Notes under the pieces: generated by a model
What the model saw: the letters and a program-made list of their open reading frames with translations, nothing else
Databases searched by the model: none
Told to the model about the DNA's origin: nothing
Part shown: one piece after another, positions 14,595 through 28,130 of the stretch
Layout of the letters: each line of letters opens with the position of its first letter
Position numbering within the stretch: position 1 is the first letter of the stretch
Position numbers and translations under genes: made by a program
From: Octopus vulgaris
Taxonomy: Eukaryota
Length of the DNA: 64,000 bases
Assembly (NCBI GenBank): GCA_951406725.2
Contig: OX597818.1
Span: 11,408,001 to 11,472,000, forward strand
Reading direction: 5' to 3'

Positions 14595-15744
14595 AAATTA
14601 CTTAGTATGTGATACGGCTGAAACATAGAATAAAGTAAAGCTTTTTTGTTTTTTATCTGCATGAAACACTGTTTAAAAAAATATAAATAGACATTTATAG
14701 TTCAATCCTAATTAATCCAACGCTAAAAGAAATAGAATTAAAATTTAATTATTAGGATTATAAATCAGACGTAGGCAATCCTGTATTGATTTATTTATTT
14801 ACTTTGATTTATGAGATATTGCTCATCATAAAACACATTACTCAAAACAATAAATCATTAAGCAGTGTATGTAGCCCAGAAATACTCTATAGTGCAGTGA
14901 AAAAATTACAATTTGATTGACAAGAATCATGACTAAATGAGGAAGAAAAAGAAAAAAATTATTCAAATTAACAAAGTTAGACCTTAAGATTATGTTGCAA
15001 AATTTTACTAAAACTTTTGACATTACCATACAAAAAAAAAACTGTAAAGACACATCAAGCTAAGTAAATATGTGGTCATACTTGCATACAGAGATGACCC
15101 CTGCATTCTGCCTCAGCTGAGCATTCATAATCTTGCAGGCATGTGGTTGCTAGTTTCCCATAAAAGCACACATGACAGTGCTGCATAAAAACACCCAGCA
15201 CACTCTGTAAAGTGGTTGGCATTAGGAAGGGCATCAAGCCATAGAAACCATGCTGAAACAGACATGAAGCCTGGGCAACTCTCCAGCTGACCAGCTCCGG
15301 TCAAACCATCCAACCCATGCCAGCATAGAAAACATATGTTAAATGAAGGGGACTGTGTGCTGCAGGTTGCCCATAAGAAAAATAAAAAAGACAAATTTAG
15401 TTCTGTTAAGTCATTATTTTAGGACTTGAACAAATTAGTCAAAGGCCGTCACTTTCATTATCGTGATATTGATGAAAAGATTTTGTGATTGATTCCAAAG
15501 TTCCTAAACTTAAAAATGTTTTAGATATGCCATAACAAAACTGTTCCTACATCTTAACATCTTACTTCATCCAGGATATTTTATACTATTCTTTTAATAA
15601 CAAACATCAATTTTCCCCACTCGCTCTGACTATTGACCCTACCCTACTTTTTTCCTACATTTGTTATTATTAGGACTGAGAAAATAATCAAACATAATTT
15701 TTGCACTATTTCCATTATATATTTTTCTTATATCTATCTTTTTA

Positions 15745-15933
15745 TTTTTTACTTGTTTCAATTATTAGACTGTGGCCATGCTGGGGCACTGCCTTGAAGA
15801 ATTTCAGTCAAACGAATCAACCCCAATACTTTTTTTTTTAAGCCTGATACTTATTCACTGGTCTCTTTTGCTGAACTACGAAACTACAGGGACCTAAACA
15901 CACCAACACTGGTTGTCAAATGGTGATGCAGAA

Positions 15934-15980
<47 letters not shown>

Positions 15981-16140
15981 GACAAGCTTCTTTCAGTTTC
16001 CATAAACCAAATCAACCAACAAGGCTTTGTTGACCTGAGGCTATAGTAAAAAACACTTGCCTGAGGTGCCACACAGTGGGACTGAACCCAGAATTATGTG
16101 GTTTGGAAGCAAGTTTCTTACCACACAGCTACACCTGCAT
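15745..16140 (-). mobile_element. tRNA-derived SINE, family 2 (internal CA/TA microsatellite)
   Basis: Reverse complement of GCAGGTGTAGCTGTGTGGTAAGAA...GGGTTCAGTCCCAC...GGCAAGTG. Other copies at about 3565-3720(-), 38715-38870(-), 40430-40815(+), 48122-48265(-) and 54507-54565(+). Confidence 0.82.
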
Positions 16141-16296
16141 CTATGTTTGAATAATTTTTTGTTATTTCACTGTTTTTCAGCCTATTTATATACCATTATA
16201 TTATTTCAAAATTTGTTTTATGAATGTTTGTTCTTGCGTGAGAATTCCTATATAGTGATTCGATGATTTTTTTTTTTTTTAAACTTTCTGTTTCAG

Positions 16297-16990
16297 ATGA
16301 AACTGGTATGCCAATTAAAAGAGGTAGACGTCTATATAAAACTTGTGGTAATATTGGAAAACAGCCATTAGTGAACTGGGCAGAATTACTGCCACCTCCC
16401 CCTGAGCATCCTCCTCCTTGTGAAATGATATCGCCGGATTCACCAATGGGCACTCTCCATCGTAACATCCAGACTATGAATGGCGGGGGCCCTATATCAC
16501 CCGTCTCCAAAATCTCGGCATGTTCGTGTCCCATTCAGTACAGTCAAGGAGGTCTGTATGGAAGAAACAATCCTTATTCAGATTCCGAGCAAAATAAATA
16601 CGCTAAAATTCGTGAGAATCATCCATGTTCTGCGAAAACACTTAACCAACTACGAACTCAGTCTCCCTGCGGTGACATGAGAACATACTCTCCTCGTACA
16701 GTCAATTGTATGCAGCACAATTGCATGGGTCATGCCCCACGATGCTGTCATAGTGACTGTGAACAAAGCATTTATGGTCCGTCTCTCAAAGGTTATCGCC
16801 TACCTTCAGAAGGCGAAGGAGATTACCGTTATATTAGCAGTGATCCCGAGCGTGGTCCTACACCTCCGATCAGGATGCACTCTTCAAATATGATGGATTT
16901 GGCTGATGGACCCCACATGGACAGAGCATGCCAATCTTCTTTACCAAGTTTGGCAAATGAACGTATGCAATCACCTCTCTATCCAGCAAG
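16297..16990 (+). CDS. robo: Robo cytoplasmic exon B containing the CC2 (Ena/VASP-binding) motif
   Basis: Inside ORF 16263..16994. Acceptor poly-T...tttcAG|AT, donor CAAG|GTAAGT (phase 2). Encodes VNWAELLPPPPEHPPP (vertebrate ROBO1 MNWADLLPPPPAHPPP) and ERGPTPPIR (ROBO1 GPTPPVRG). Confidence 0.95.
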
Positions 16991-17681
16991 GTAAGTTTTC
17001 TTGTTACCTTGATTTATTCTGTTTGTGATATCAATTGTATTTGAATCAGATGTTTTTGATTTCCAGGCAATTGTGATGTTATTTTTCCTTTCAAATTATT
17101 ACTTTTCACTATATTAGAAAGCATGAATAGAGGAAATAGACTATATATATTACCTACATTTTTCTTTTTTTTTTTTAAACCTGATACCATCTTAGCATTC
17201 TCATTAATCTCATTTTATCATTTAGAAATACTAACTGAAAAATTATTTAAAGTCTAAAAAATGACGTCATTGATAAGAATTTTTTTCCTCCCTATGTACT
17301 TCTCTCTGTAGCTTATAAAGCACTTAATGCAGCTAATAAAACTCTTTCCATGAAGCCTTTCTATGAAATAAAGTTTATAATGTGCATGAAGAGGGAAAGA
17401 AGAAAATAAAATAACAATGAGTCGTGATAAAGACACAATGGTTGTGAACCATTTTGTGTTAACAACCATTGTTAAAAGACCTTTTTTTTTCTCCTTTTTT
17501 TGTTTTATCATTTATCTTTTTCTCATTAAATACTTAATGGCAAACTCTGTAAATGTTACATAGTCGGTCAAATTAGTTCTTACTTTACATTTGCATGTCT
17601 CTTCTTCCACACCAATGAGCAAGCTGCTCCACTTGTTGGTTTCTAAAGTACTTTCTGCTTGATTTACAGAACAAGTTATTT

Positions 17682-17734
<53 letters not shown>
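17682..17734. repeat. (GA)n microsatellite
   Basis: Directly visible. Confidence 0.95.
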
Positions 17735-17736
<2 letters not shown>

Positions 17737-18199
17737 TGGAGGTGAGATGTAAATGAGAAGATATGTAAATGAATGACAGAGTGAATGATGAGAATAGATT
17801 AAGGTAGTTCTATGAAAATCCCTGAGTGGGAAGAGAATGATTTTACAGACTAAAAGGTAAGCTAAACTGATGAAGACTCAATTTTGAAAGTGTTTCACAG
17901 AAGGAAAGTAAACCTCCTATATGAACTGTGGTAAGTATTGTAGTACTAATAGTAGAAATTACTAGAACAGTATTAGTAAATATACTGTTTTTAGTAATTT
18001 CATTTTAGTAGTAGTAGTAGCAGTTGTAGAAGTAGTAATAGTAGTATTGCTTTTATTTTTGTTTATTAGCTTCAGTATGTGTTGTTCTATTAATCTTTTT
18101 TTTCATCTTGTCACATTTTATTTGAAATTCTGATAACTGAAGTCTAGATACTGATGTTATCAGGTATAATTTCCATTGTCTCTTATCTTCTTCTTACAG

Positions 18200-18402
18200 A
18201 CTGGAGGTGACGGCTAGTGGTCCACATCTGAATATTGACTTTGAAGGCTTTTCTCAGAATCCAGACTCGCCGGTATCTGAGATCCCAGATTATGCCGGTG
18301 AGTCTGATTTGGACGATGTCCATCTCGATTTTGGATCCCCCCTTACTGATGGGGGAGATAGCAGTACTGAGGTTCAAAATGATGGCTTTGGAAATGTGAC
18401 AG
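18200..18402 (+). CDS. robo: Robo cytoplasmic exon C (acidic segment)
   Basis: Acceptor tcttcttcttacAG|A (ag+a = R, phase 2 match). Reads LEVTASGPHLNIDFEG...QNDGFGNVT. Donor ACAG|GTATTT (phase 1) joins exon D to give GNVT-A-SMVASWAS, collinear with ROBO1 SSVTGSMINGWGS. Confidence 0.88.
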
Positions 18403-19212
18403 GTATTTCCGTGACTGTTCCAGACATTCAGACTGATAACCTATCTTTCCCTTATACTGCTTTTACCTCCTGAAACAATAACACACCTGGATTAGCCCTC
18501 TTTTCTTTTCTACCCATAAAATACCCATCTAAACCCTCAAAAATGCTTGCTCTTTTTTTCACTCACATCATCAACAGTCTTACTACTTGGAATGAGGCAT
18601 TGCATTTATTAAAGAAATATAAATAAATAAATAAAAAGAAGCAAAGACAAATTGTTTTGAAAGGCATTTTATTTGGTAAAATTTGGGATATATTATGAAC
18701 TAACTAAGGACATATAAAACTTGAAATAGGTTTTCAGCTAGCATTAACTCAGCTGGTCATGTGACTTTTTTCCTACCACCCCTTCACCCCACATTATTTA
18801 AAATTGAAATTACTTCAAAATTATTTTAAAAAGAAACAAAACAAAAAGGAGAATGAAATTAAAAGACAAATGTTAAAGAAAGCCAAAGAAAAGAAACCTG
18901 CCCTGCCCCTACCCCTCTCTCACCAGTGGAAATCATTATCAATCATATGAAATATGATAGGTTCACATCATGTATGATGACTTTGTCATTTGTTCAAAGT
19001 TATGATGTCATAAACACCAGTAACACAGCTCAGCATATAAAGTCTGCCGTGTAAAGCAATTAATTTCTGATATTCTTGAAAGTGGTTGTCAGTTCCAGAC
19101 TTAGCATTAGAGCTGTTCTTATATGTCCATATTTAGTCGCAAATGTATTCTCAAAATTGCAAGCAAAAGTTCTTTTGATATCGATCTAACAGAAGTGTAT
19201 CACTCACTCATA

Positions 19213-19272
<60 letters not shown>

Positions 19273-21364
19273 CTACTTTACCACTGCTTACTATTTCTCC
19301 TTTGCTTCCATCATTTTCATCCCTTGCATGTTTGACTGCACTAGAAACTAACAACAGCTACATTTCACATATTATCATTAGTATTATTATTTCAAATTTT
19401 ATTTTTTAACTTTTATTATTCTTTTAATTATAACCTACATGAAACATTGAAAATTGTTGCCAACACTTTCAAATGAAAATTGGAAAAGAAAAATAGCCAA
19501 GAATCAAAGCAAATCAAAAACAATTAAAAAGAACAACAACAAAAAGCACAAGTAAACACATATACACACACCAAAAAGGAAAAAAAAATTTATTAAAAAA
19601 AAAGAACACAACACTATGCCATTTAACTCCTAACTCGCACACTTTCCCCCCTCCCATCATGTGTGTGAAATCTAGGAATCCAAGTGAACAGATATACTCT
19701 GGGGAGGACTGTAAGATCTTAAAAAGGATGAAATACAAAGTTCTGTTATAAAATATTTCTTCACTCACTCCAGAATTTCAGCTGAGAAATAATTTATGAT
19801 AAAATCAATACACCACTGCTGTTTCTCTCTCTTATTTTTTTTTTCATATATACATATATACATACATACATATATTTATATATCGGTGAGTTATTACATT
19901 TTTCAATGAGTTATTACATTTTTTTTTTCAGTGAGTTATTACATATTTTCATTTTGTTTTCTCTTGTTAGTTTTATTGCTGTTTTATTTTTGTAGTTTAT
20001 TTATTTATTTATTTCTATTGTCTTTTTTTTTTACTTTTATTTACTACTTACTTCTTTGAAGACAATTCCCAGAATTAAGTATTTGAAATTCCATGGCAAC
20101 AACACAGCTTTATAAATATTAATATGCTTTCACACAGAATACCACACTATTATCATCTTCTGTTACATTCCTTCACTTTACTTCTCGATTTGTCATCTTT
20201 TCATCTTATTTTTCTTTTCATTTTTTCGATATCCTTTTCTTTTTTTTTTTTTTGTTTTCAATAAAAATATGGAATCTGAACTAATTATGTACATTAAGCG
20301 CATATACTTATGCACTCACATACACTATACGAGTATGTAAGGTTTGCCTTAACTTCACAAGCTTTATTTCTTAATTTTAACAATAGCTTTCACGTAGATA
20401 TCTGTTCAGTCTAATTGATTAATTAATATCATTGCTGAATCTCTAAACTGAATGCATCCCACTCCTAATTTTGTTTCTGCATTCATTTTACTTATATATA
20501 GCCTCACGTAGAGATTAAGTGAATGAGTGGATAAGCTATTGGCTTACAATCTCACATGTTGTAAGCTCAAATCAATTACAGATGTTCAATTAATTGTCTT
20601 TCTAGACAAGACTACTAACCTTATTACTTATTTACAACTTTTTGACACACTTTTCAATCCATAGCTGATGAAAGGTCCAACATGTTTAGGTTCTGTCTTC
20701 ATCATTGCACCTAAACTAACTAAACTGATTTTTATTGATGCAGATCAACACTTTTCCACAGACTCTAGTGTCTTTGATGAAGATTTAGTAAGCACTCCAC
20801 TACCACCAACATAAAAAAGCTTCCCTATCATGAAGAGAACAAAACCCTTCAACCAGCTCAAAAAATAAACATCAGATGTTGCAAGGACTTTTAGCTCTGT
20901 GATATCTAATTAGTATTTTGGAAATAATCACACTGATCTGATTAAGTGGAAAATGTTTTTTATCTTTAGTTAACATTGTTCACATCATGTTACATTCCAC
21001 TCTGAAGTAAAGTTCTATGTCAGTCACATCTGTCCCCTATCAGCCTCTTATATGAGTGGTTTAACTCTCCAACCCACTCAAAGAATAGATACCAGATGTG
21101 AGAACTTTTACCTCTTTAGTGTAATGTCTTCTTTAGCTAACCCTGTATTGCTTTATTTATAAATTCATTATAAATTATCTTCAATTAAATAGACTGATAT
21201 AGACTAATATAATAAAAAACAAATTAATATTACAATAGTATATGTATGTTTCTACAACTAGATTAAATTTAAATGAAAATGTCCCTTCTAAAGTTATGAA
21301 TATTTTATATATTTAACAATGTCATAGAAACTAGGGAGGATATCAGTTTCTCTTTAAGTAATAT

Positions 21365-21670
21365 AACTATCCTGGCCTATATTGTTTCAACTACCTTAGT
21401 TTATAGCATATTAATTATCCTAGCCAGTGGCGTATTAACATCCTTAGCCTATACTATTTTAACTATTTTAGCCTATACCATCTTAACAACTTCAGCTAAT
21501 AATGTTTTCACTATTAACAATGGTTAGTGCTTTATCATTCTTAGCAAGTAGTGTTTTTCAAATCCTATTGTCTTGTCTTTGCTTGCAAGGTTTTCACATA
21601 CATGTTCTATAGGTTTTAATCATCTTGGCCTGTACAGTGTATCAACTGTTCTGGACTGTAATATGTTCCC
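21365..21670. repeat. Degenerate 24-bp minisatellite
   Basis: AACTATCCTGGCCTATATTGTTTC-like units at 21365, 21389, 21413, 21437, 21461, 21485 and 21509, fading further on. Confidence 0.75.
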
Positions 21671-23763
21671 TGTACCAATCTATATCCTGTAGTGTTATAC
21701 AATCTGTTTTTAATGACTTTGGTATCAGATTGAAATGAACATGTCAAGTAGTTTCTATAGTGTCCAGTTCACCTTAAAAACAACCTTCTCAAGGTTAGAA
21801 CTCTCACAATCATAGGGTTTCTAACTATATGTGAGCAACATATCGAGCAATGCTGGGTAATGTTTCTGGAAGGCGAACATCATGTTAATACAGGATTGAA
21901 ACAAATGATCTACTGCTTATCTTATCAAACATAGAAAAATGGATGAAAAATTGATGGTAATACCTTTTCTATGAATAATAATGGTTTTAAACAGTTTTAT
22001 CCTTTTTGTCCTTACCATTTCTTTTTAGATATTGTATCAGAATTATATTATATAATGTTCCCTTTCTTTTCCTATGGTAACAGGGTGTAAATAAAGGAAG
22101 ATTTGGTTGCTATTTCTAGCAGGTCAAACAATCACATAGTCTCTCTTGTTTGGTTAGTTTATTTCAGCTTCACTTTTAAGATATTTTGTGAAAATTTCCA
22201 CATTATTTTAATTAAGTGGAAATGTTATCTAAAAGTAGTTAGGGAAATTCCCTTCATGTTACATATATTCTGAAGTAAAGTCTTGTCTCATCTGTCCCCT
22301 ATCAACTTTTATAATGCCCTTCCTTTATATATTAATAATTCTCATTTCATTAATATTCTTATAATGATTTAGGAAATAGCATTCTGCATAAATTGTTAAG
22401 TAATATTAATTCTGTGATTTCCTTACCCTGGTGTGCCAAATTTACAGTATAATTATTTGCTATTTCTTGTTGCTGCTACCTATCTGTCTCTTCCAAATTT
22501 GGAGCATTTGTGTTCCAGAAGAGAAGAAAACAGTAATAAGCTTTCTTTAACTAGATTAATTAGTGATGACAGCTGACACCTCTCACTCACATTGTCTTCA
22601 TATTCTAGTAAAAAAAGGAAGAGAAAGAAATTACTGTTTTTATATTCACCCAGTTTAACACTATCTTTGAGTACTTTTAGCAGAGTTCATTCGTTCATGT
22701 CAGGTCTCCAGTCTTAGAATAACTACCTTTCTTCCTCCCAGCAATCTCAGAGGCCCTAAAAATATCATGGGCACATTTATTGAAAAAGGTATTTTAAGTT
22801 GAAATAAACACAATTTATTTGCCAAGAATGAAGCAAATTAATTTAAAAGTTCAATGTTTGGCACTACAACAATGTTAATAGTTATACATTATTTTCACCT
22901 GACACAACCAATTTTCATTGGAGAAGTGGAATATTTTTCTTGGAATTTTACTCTGCTGTATATTTTTGTCTATTCTTAAAGACATGAAAGGCAAAGTGAC
23001 ATATTGTATTTTTGAACTCTGAACAAACTGCTAAAATTGTGAATTTTTAACAATTATTTTTTATATCAGAGGAGGGTAGGAAATGCTAATGATATCTTTG
23101 AAGTATTCCATAGCTGATAAGAGTAAGCAATGAAGTTATTCTCAACCCACAGACCTAACCTGGGTGCTTGCAACTTAGTGAACAGCCAAAGGCTGGTAGT
23201 TGTGTTATAAAGGGCAACAGATTAAGTCTGTAATCAAAGAACAAGGGAAACCTTGACAACAAAACCCCACACACTTTTCATCCAATTTTCATTCCTAAGG
23301 CTTTAGTCAATTCAATGTTACTATAACAGACACTTGCCTAAGATAGTATTGAACTTAAAACTATGAAATTGTGAAGCAAACATAACCACACAGCCATGCT
23401 AATGCCCATATATGTCAAAATAGAAGAATCTGCCTTAACTTCTGATTGCAAAAGCATGTTACTTATTATAAGGAAAGGACTTTTGCATTAACTGAGTTAA
23501 CAGAGTAGAGGACAAAATACCATAAGGTATTTACTTATGGGCCTTTACTCTCTAAGTTCAGTTCTGCTAATCTTAACTTCTTGAATCAATGAAATAAAGT
23601 ATTAGTCAAATAATTTATGCTATTGATTCACATTTGGTTTAAATTTCTAAAATTTGTAATGGTTTAAATTTAAATTGTTATTATTTGAATTGATATCAAT
23701 TTAACTGACTATACTTCTCCCCACAAAATACATAAGCTTGTGCCATTATTAAAAATTAGTTAA

Positions 23764-24351
23764 CCCTGTCACGCCATGTTCCTGCTGTAGCAGGAATAGC
23801 TTAAATGTCATCTCTGCCAGATTCTCACTAAAGGAATAATGAACAGCACGCATAGAAAAAGAAGATAAAATACTAAAATTAAACTGATCATGTTTCAGCT
23901 TTGTAATCAAGTGCATTTATGACTCATTGTTAATGGTGTCCTCCATAGCTGCTGTTTACTTTTGTTTTTAATAAAAAAAAAATTGGGGGATGAAAGGAAT
24001 GCATGATGAGCCCAGCACTTTGTCATGTAAATGAGCAAGGCCTAGACTCTTTGCTGTTGAGGAAATTATTGATGATATTTATTCTTAAGATGAAGAGTTT
24101 ACACTTACACCAGTAATAAGAATGATTCGGACAATCAATATGGTAAAAGTGATGAGGAAAGTAGCAATTCAGGTGAACAAATCTGATAGTTGAGAGATAG
24201 GTCTATTGTTATTCTCCTGAATTTTTATGTGATTTTTCCATTAGTTTGCCTGAAATTATTACTCTTAAGCTGTACATGCAACTACTTATTTTTCTGCTAA
24301 GGAGCTCAGGTGGAGGGTAAAGTTAGACACAGGGACACAAGTCTGAGAGGG
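23764..24351 (+). mobile_element. piggyBac-like internally deleted element
   Basis: TTAA|CCCTGTCA ... TGAGAGGG|TTAA. A decayed acidic frame near 24058-24178 (VEEIIDDILF...DSDNQYGKSDEESSNSGE) resembles piggyBac transposase N-termini. Confidence 0.65.
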
Positions 24352-24974
24352 TTAACAATTAAGGCATCATGGTGTTATGTGATGGTAACTCAAAACTAAA
24401 TCTTAGAGGTTTGTTACTCCATCTTACTGAAGTAAGAATAAAACAGATTAGTAAAAGAATACTCTATAGAAAAACCTAAGTTTTATTTTTAAAAATAATG
24501 AGATATGCTTATGTTTTGTTTCATAAATGCCAAGAAACTTATCTTTATTCAGTTTATGAGCTGCTGGGATTTTACGTTTCATTGTCTATTCAAGAACACA
24601 GCATTAATGGCCCCTGTGTGTATTATAATAAAATACAGAAACTGAGATTCTACACTTTGTTGAATGTATCCAGTTTTTTGGTAGTGTTAGCTTGGGACAA
24701 ACATCATGATAAAAATCTCCATACACATGTAAAAAAAGTTTTTAAAATAAACATCGCAGTTGATGCAAGCAGAAAACTAATTTCATTTGTTTTTTGCTTG
24801 CATATGTATTTCTCTTTTTAATGCTTTCAAACAATAAAATCCACAAGAAAGTTACAGCATATATTTAGACTAAGTTTAACTCCATTCATAGAAGAGGTGT
24901 AAAAAATTGTATTTAACTCACTTCATTGAATGGTAATCTCTTGCTTCAGAAAGTGTAGGAACATGTAAATCAAT

Positions 24975-25240
24975 AAGATTGATCCTAGTATAATACTGAT
25001 TTCTTTTTATTGATTTCTTATTCATGAAGTAGAGGAACAAACAATCAATCAGTAGTGTTGGACTCACTATATTACTGGTATTTTTTTTATTGATTTCTCA
25101 CTTCAAGGAGGAGAGAAACAAGTAATTACTAGGATTGATGTCACTGTTAATGGTTCTTATTTTTATTGTTTTCTTACTTCAGGGAGTAGAGAAACAAAAT
25201 AGAATTGAATCAATATATTACCAATATTTATTTTTATTGC
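24975..25240. repeat. Degenerate tandem repeat of about 77 bp, about 3.5 copies
   Basis: TTTTTATTG.TTTCT.A.TTCA.G.AG.AGAG.AACAA recurs near 25005, 25085 and 25161. Confidence 0.7.
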
Positions 25241-26141
25241 CGTCTTTAACAACTAATCAATTGAAACACAAGAATCCATGGAAGCAAATGATAGTCTGTG
25301 TCGGCAAATAGTAAAAAATACTCATAAAATGGAATAAATTATTTTGCTATGAGGAAGAGAATTTTAACGATTCTGGAAGAACCCTACATCAGAGAGAGAT
25401 GGGGGTGGGGTTAAATATTTACTAGGAGTGTGAGAAAAATAGATTAGGAGTAGTGAAAGTTGAAACAAAAATTTATCAGTGATGAATAGTAAAATATAAG
25501 GAAGAGTTAAGAGGAAACAAATGTTGGTTGGAGAGAAACATTCAAAGGGTGGAGGAAATCAACAAGAACATTGGCATCATCATCAACATCATCATGATAC
25601 ATCCACTTTTCTGATAGGGGTTGGACAGATTGTCATGGTTTGAGTCAGTTCTTCAAAGTTACTAGTTTCCTAAGTATGGGTAGAGAACCTCATCTTGCTC
25701 ATTTTCTTTTGGCACGCTTTTTGCAATTGGACTCCTTTCCTGTCACAAACTCCTTCACAGGCTTAACTGGATGCATTTTATCATGGCACAAGCACTAGAG
25801 AGTAGTCATGTCCTCAGAAAGTTACTTGCAAAGTCTTCACTCAAATGCCACGACTTTATAAAGATTACTGGGTGCATTTTATAGTGGAACCAACTCTAAC
25901 GAGGCTTCTTTGTACACCACAAGACAAAAGAAGGTTCTCACTGCTCTACATTCATTTTGGATAGTGTGAGCAATAGACTGAATAGGAGAGACAATGACTG
26001 CAGAAGATAAATTAGAGTGAGAGGGAAAAATAGAGAGGATGAAGGGGAAAACGGTGGTATTTGGTGTGATAGTGTGGAAGAGGGGAGAGAAGTTGGTGAC
26101 ATTTCTAGAGGATTAATGAAGAGAAGCAGGAAGATGTAGAG

Positions 26142-26476
26142 CAGTGGTTCTCAACTAGGGTCCATATAACCCTTGGTGGTCCATACAGAATTTTATGGGG
26201 TCCATGTAAACAAGATAGTAAATCGGGGATTCACAGTGGTATTTAAGGGTATGTGAAAAAATTTTGCATGAAACAATTTGGTTTCTTACTCTAATGTTTA
26301 ACATGTTCACAGACACTGAAACCTATACAAGTGAACATGTGATAGACAAAATAGGAATTTTGAAAGAAGTATCTATAATACTCGTTTTTAAACATTGAAT
26401 GACTATGGGAGTCCACCAGGATAAAACAGTAATCAAAGTGTTCCAAAGATAAAATAATAATGGTTGAGAACTATTG
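26142..26476. mobile_element. hAT (Charlie-like) MITE
   Basis: TIRs CAGTGGTTCTCAAC / GGTTGAGAACTATTG; TSD ATGTAGAG / ATGTCGAG. Confidence 0.87.
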
Positions 26477-26584
26477 ATGTCGAGTATAAACAAAAAAAAC
26501 AAAAGAGGAAGGGGAAGTCATTAAGATCAAGGAAAACATACATATACATAGCTTAGTGCATGCATATGTATATACAAAACAGGC

Positions 26585-26902
26585 AAAGACCCCTTTCGGT
26601 CATGAATGACCATGGGATTGCACCAAGAAGTTCCTGTGAGGCACAAGTCCAGGCAAGGTCGTTTATAGAAGACCAGCAGTTGCCCATGCATACCAGTTTC
26701 CCTTCTGGTATCCAAAGGAAAGGCAAAAGCCGATACAGGTTGGCACCAGTGATGTCACAACTCATTTCGAGGCAGAGTGAACTTGAGCAATGTGAAATAA
26801 AGTGTCTTGCTCAAGATTACAACACACAGCCTGGTCTGGGAACCAAACTCACTACCTCATGATTATGAGCCAGGTGCTCTAACCACTGAGCTATGCACTT
26901 TC
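26585..26902 (-). mobile_element. SINE (family 3-type head); accounts for ORF 26560..26862
   Basis: Reverse complement begins AAGTGCATAGCTCAGTGGTTAGAGCACCTGGCTC (tRNA-like) and includes CTTGAGCAAGACACTTTATTTCAC. Confidence 0.8.
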
Positions 26903-27609
26903 ACTATATACGTATACATAGCTATACATATGTGTGTGTATTTGAATTTTCCTTAGACATCAACATACATTTATTCAAACTAAATATCAAAGCTAGTTCT
27001 GTCTCACCAAGAGGATTCTTTGAACTAAACTAGAAAAACATTAATTCTGGCATAATGGTTATGACATTAAAATGCTACATTGTTAACTGTATGGCCATTA
27101 ATTCAAATCTTAAAGCAGCAATTCTGTTGTGCTCCTAAGAAAGGAAAGAATTCTGTAGTGTCCAGTTTGCTTGACTGAACAAAAATGAGGGTTCAACATT
27201 AATTTCAGAACTGTGTTGTGGGCAGTAGAGAGGGCATTTAATTGTAAAAACAGCTTCTCCATCAAATAAACCATCTATTTAGTCATGCATGCATAAAAAG
27301 GAATGTAAATTTGTAAAATATATGTATGTAAGCATGTGTGTGTGTGTGTGAATATACAAATATGTATGTGTATGGGTGTGCAGCAGATAAAGAATAAATT
27401 TTAGTACATCTTTCTCTTTAGTTACAATTGTTTCAGAACACCTTCATTTCTAATGCTAGCATGTCAATGATTCCATGTGGAAAGTTCCACAATATTTGCA
27501 GTTGGTTTTATTGGAAACATAATGACTTTCTACACCCTCTCTCTATATGTGTGTGTGTGTTTGTAAATACAACAATCACATGGATTTTAAGACTATTTTC
27601 CTAGCTAAA

Positions 27610-28130
27610 ACAGGAGGTTAACCTTGCTGGGTTCCAAGGTAATCTTCTCCATTTTTCCATATCTTCTTAATGCCCTCTCACTCATCCCTTGCCCTCTTTG
27701 GCTCCTTCATCAACTTTAGCCATATTTCTCTTGGTTCACCCCTTCCTCTACTTCCGCATTGATTTCTACCACTGCTCTCCAGAGCGGAGAAGAGTGACAG
27801 AAATCTTTCAACCTTCCTCAACATGATCTGGCTTTGTTCTCATCATTTTCTACAATTCATTGTTTGACTTCCTCTCTGAATTATTCTTGTTTCAATTTTC
27901 AACCTTTACTACTGTGCTACATTCATCCAACTCTCTCTCTCTCCTATAACAAAACACTTTTCACACATGCATTTTGAGTAACATTACCCTCTTCATTAGC
28001 ATGTCACTAAGTTCCTGGAATTTCTTCTATGTACATTTCACTCTAGCCTCTGTCATCAAGTCTGATCTGCTTCCCCATTCAACATGTCTCTTAAGTAATT
28101 ACAAACTTATCCACACTGGAGATATGCCTG
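27610..28130 (-). mobile_element. Decayed LINE (RTE-like) fragment
   Basis: Similar layout to 53640-54370 (ctaagttcctggaatttcttc, ttcacccctTCCTCtacttcc GRG-like motif); heavily degraded. Confidence 0.45.

Noticed and set aside
16196-16680. Antisense ORF 16196..16534 and alternative-frame ORF 16480..16680
   Set aside because: Shadows of the GC-richer robo exon B; the same applies to 18183..18377 and 51653..51847.
17600-17655. Possible microexon between exons B and C
   Set aside because: Only poor acceptor (AAG/GAG) and donor candidates exist, and the 15-nt option creates a stop on joining exon C.
17867-17900. CTGATGA...GAAA hammerhead-like string
   Set aside because: Stem II is weak and there is no UH cleavage site or stem I partner after GTG/CAC.
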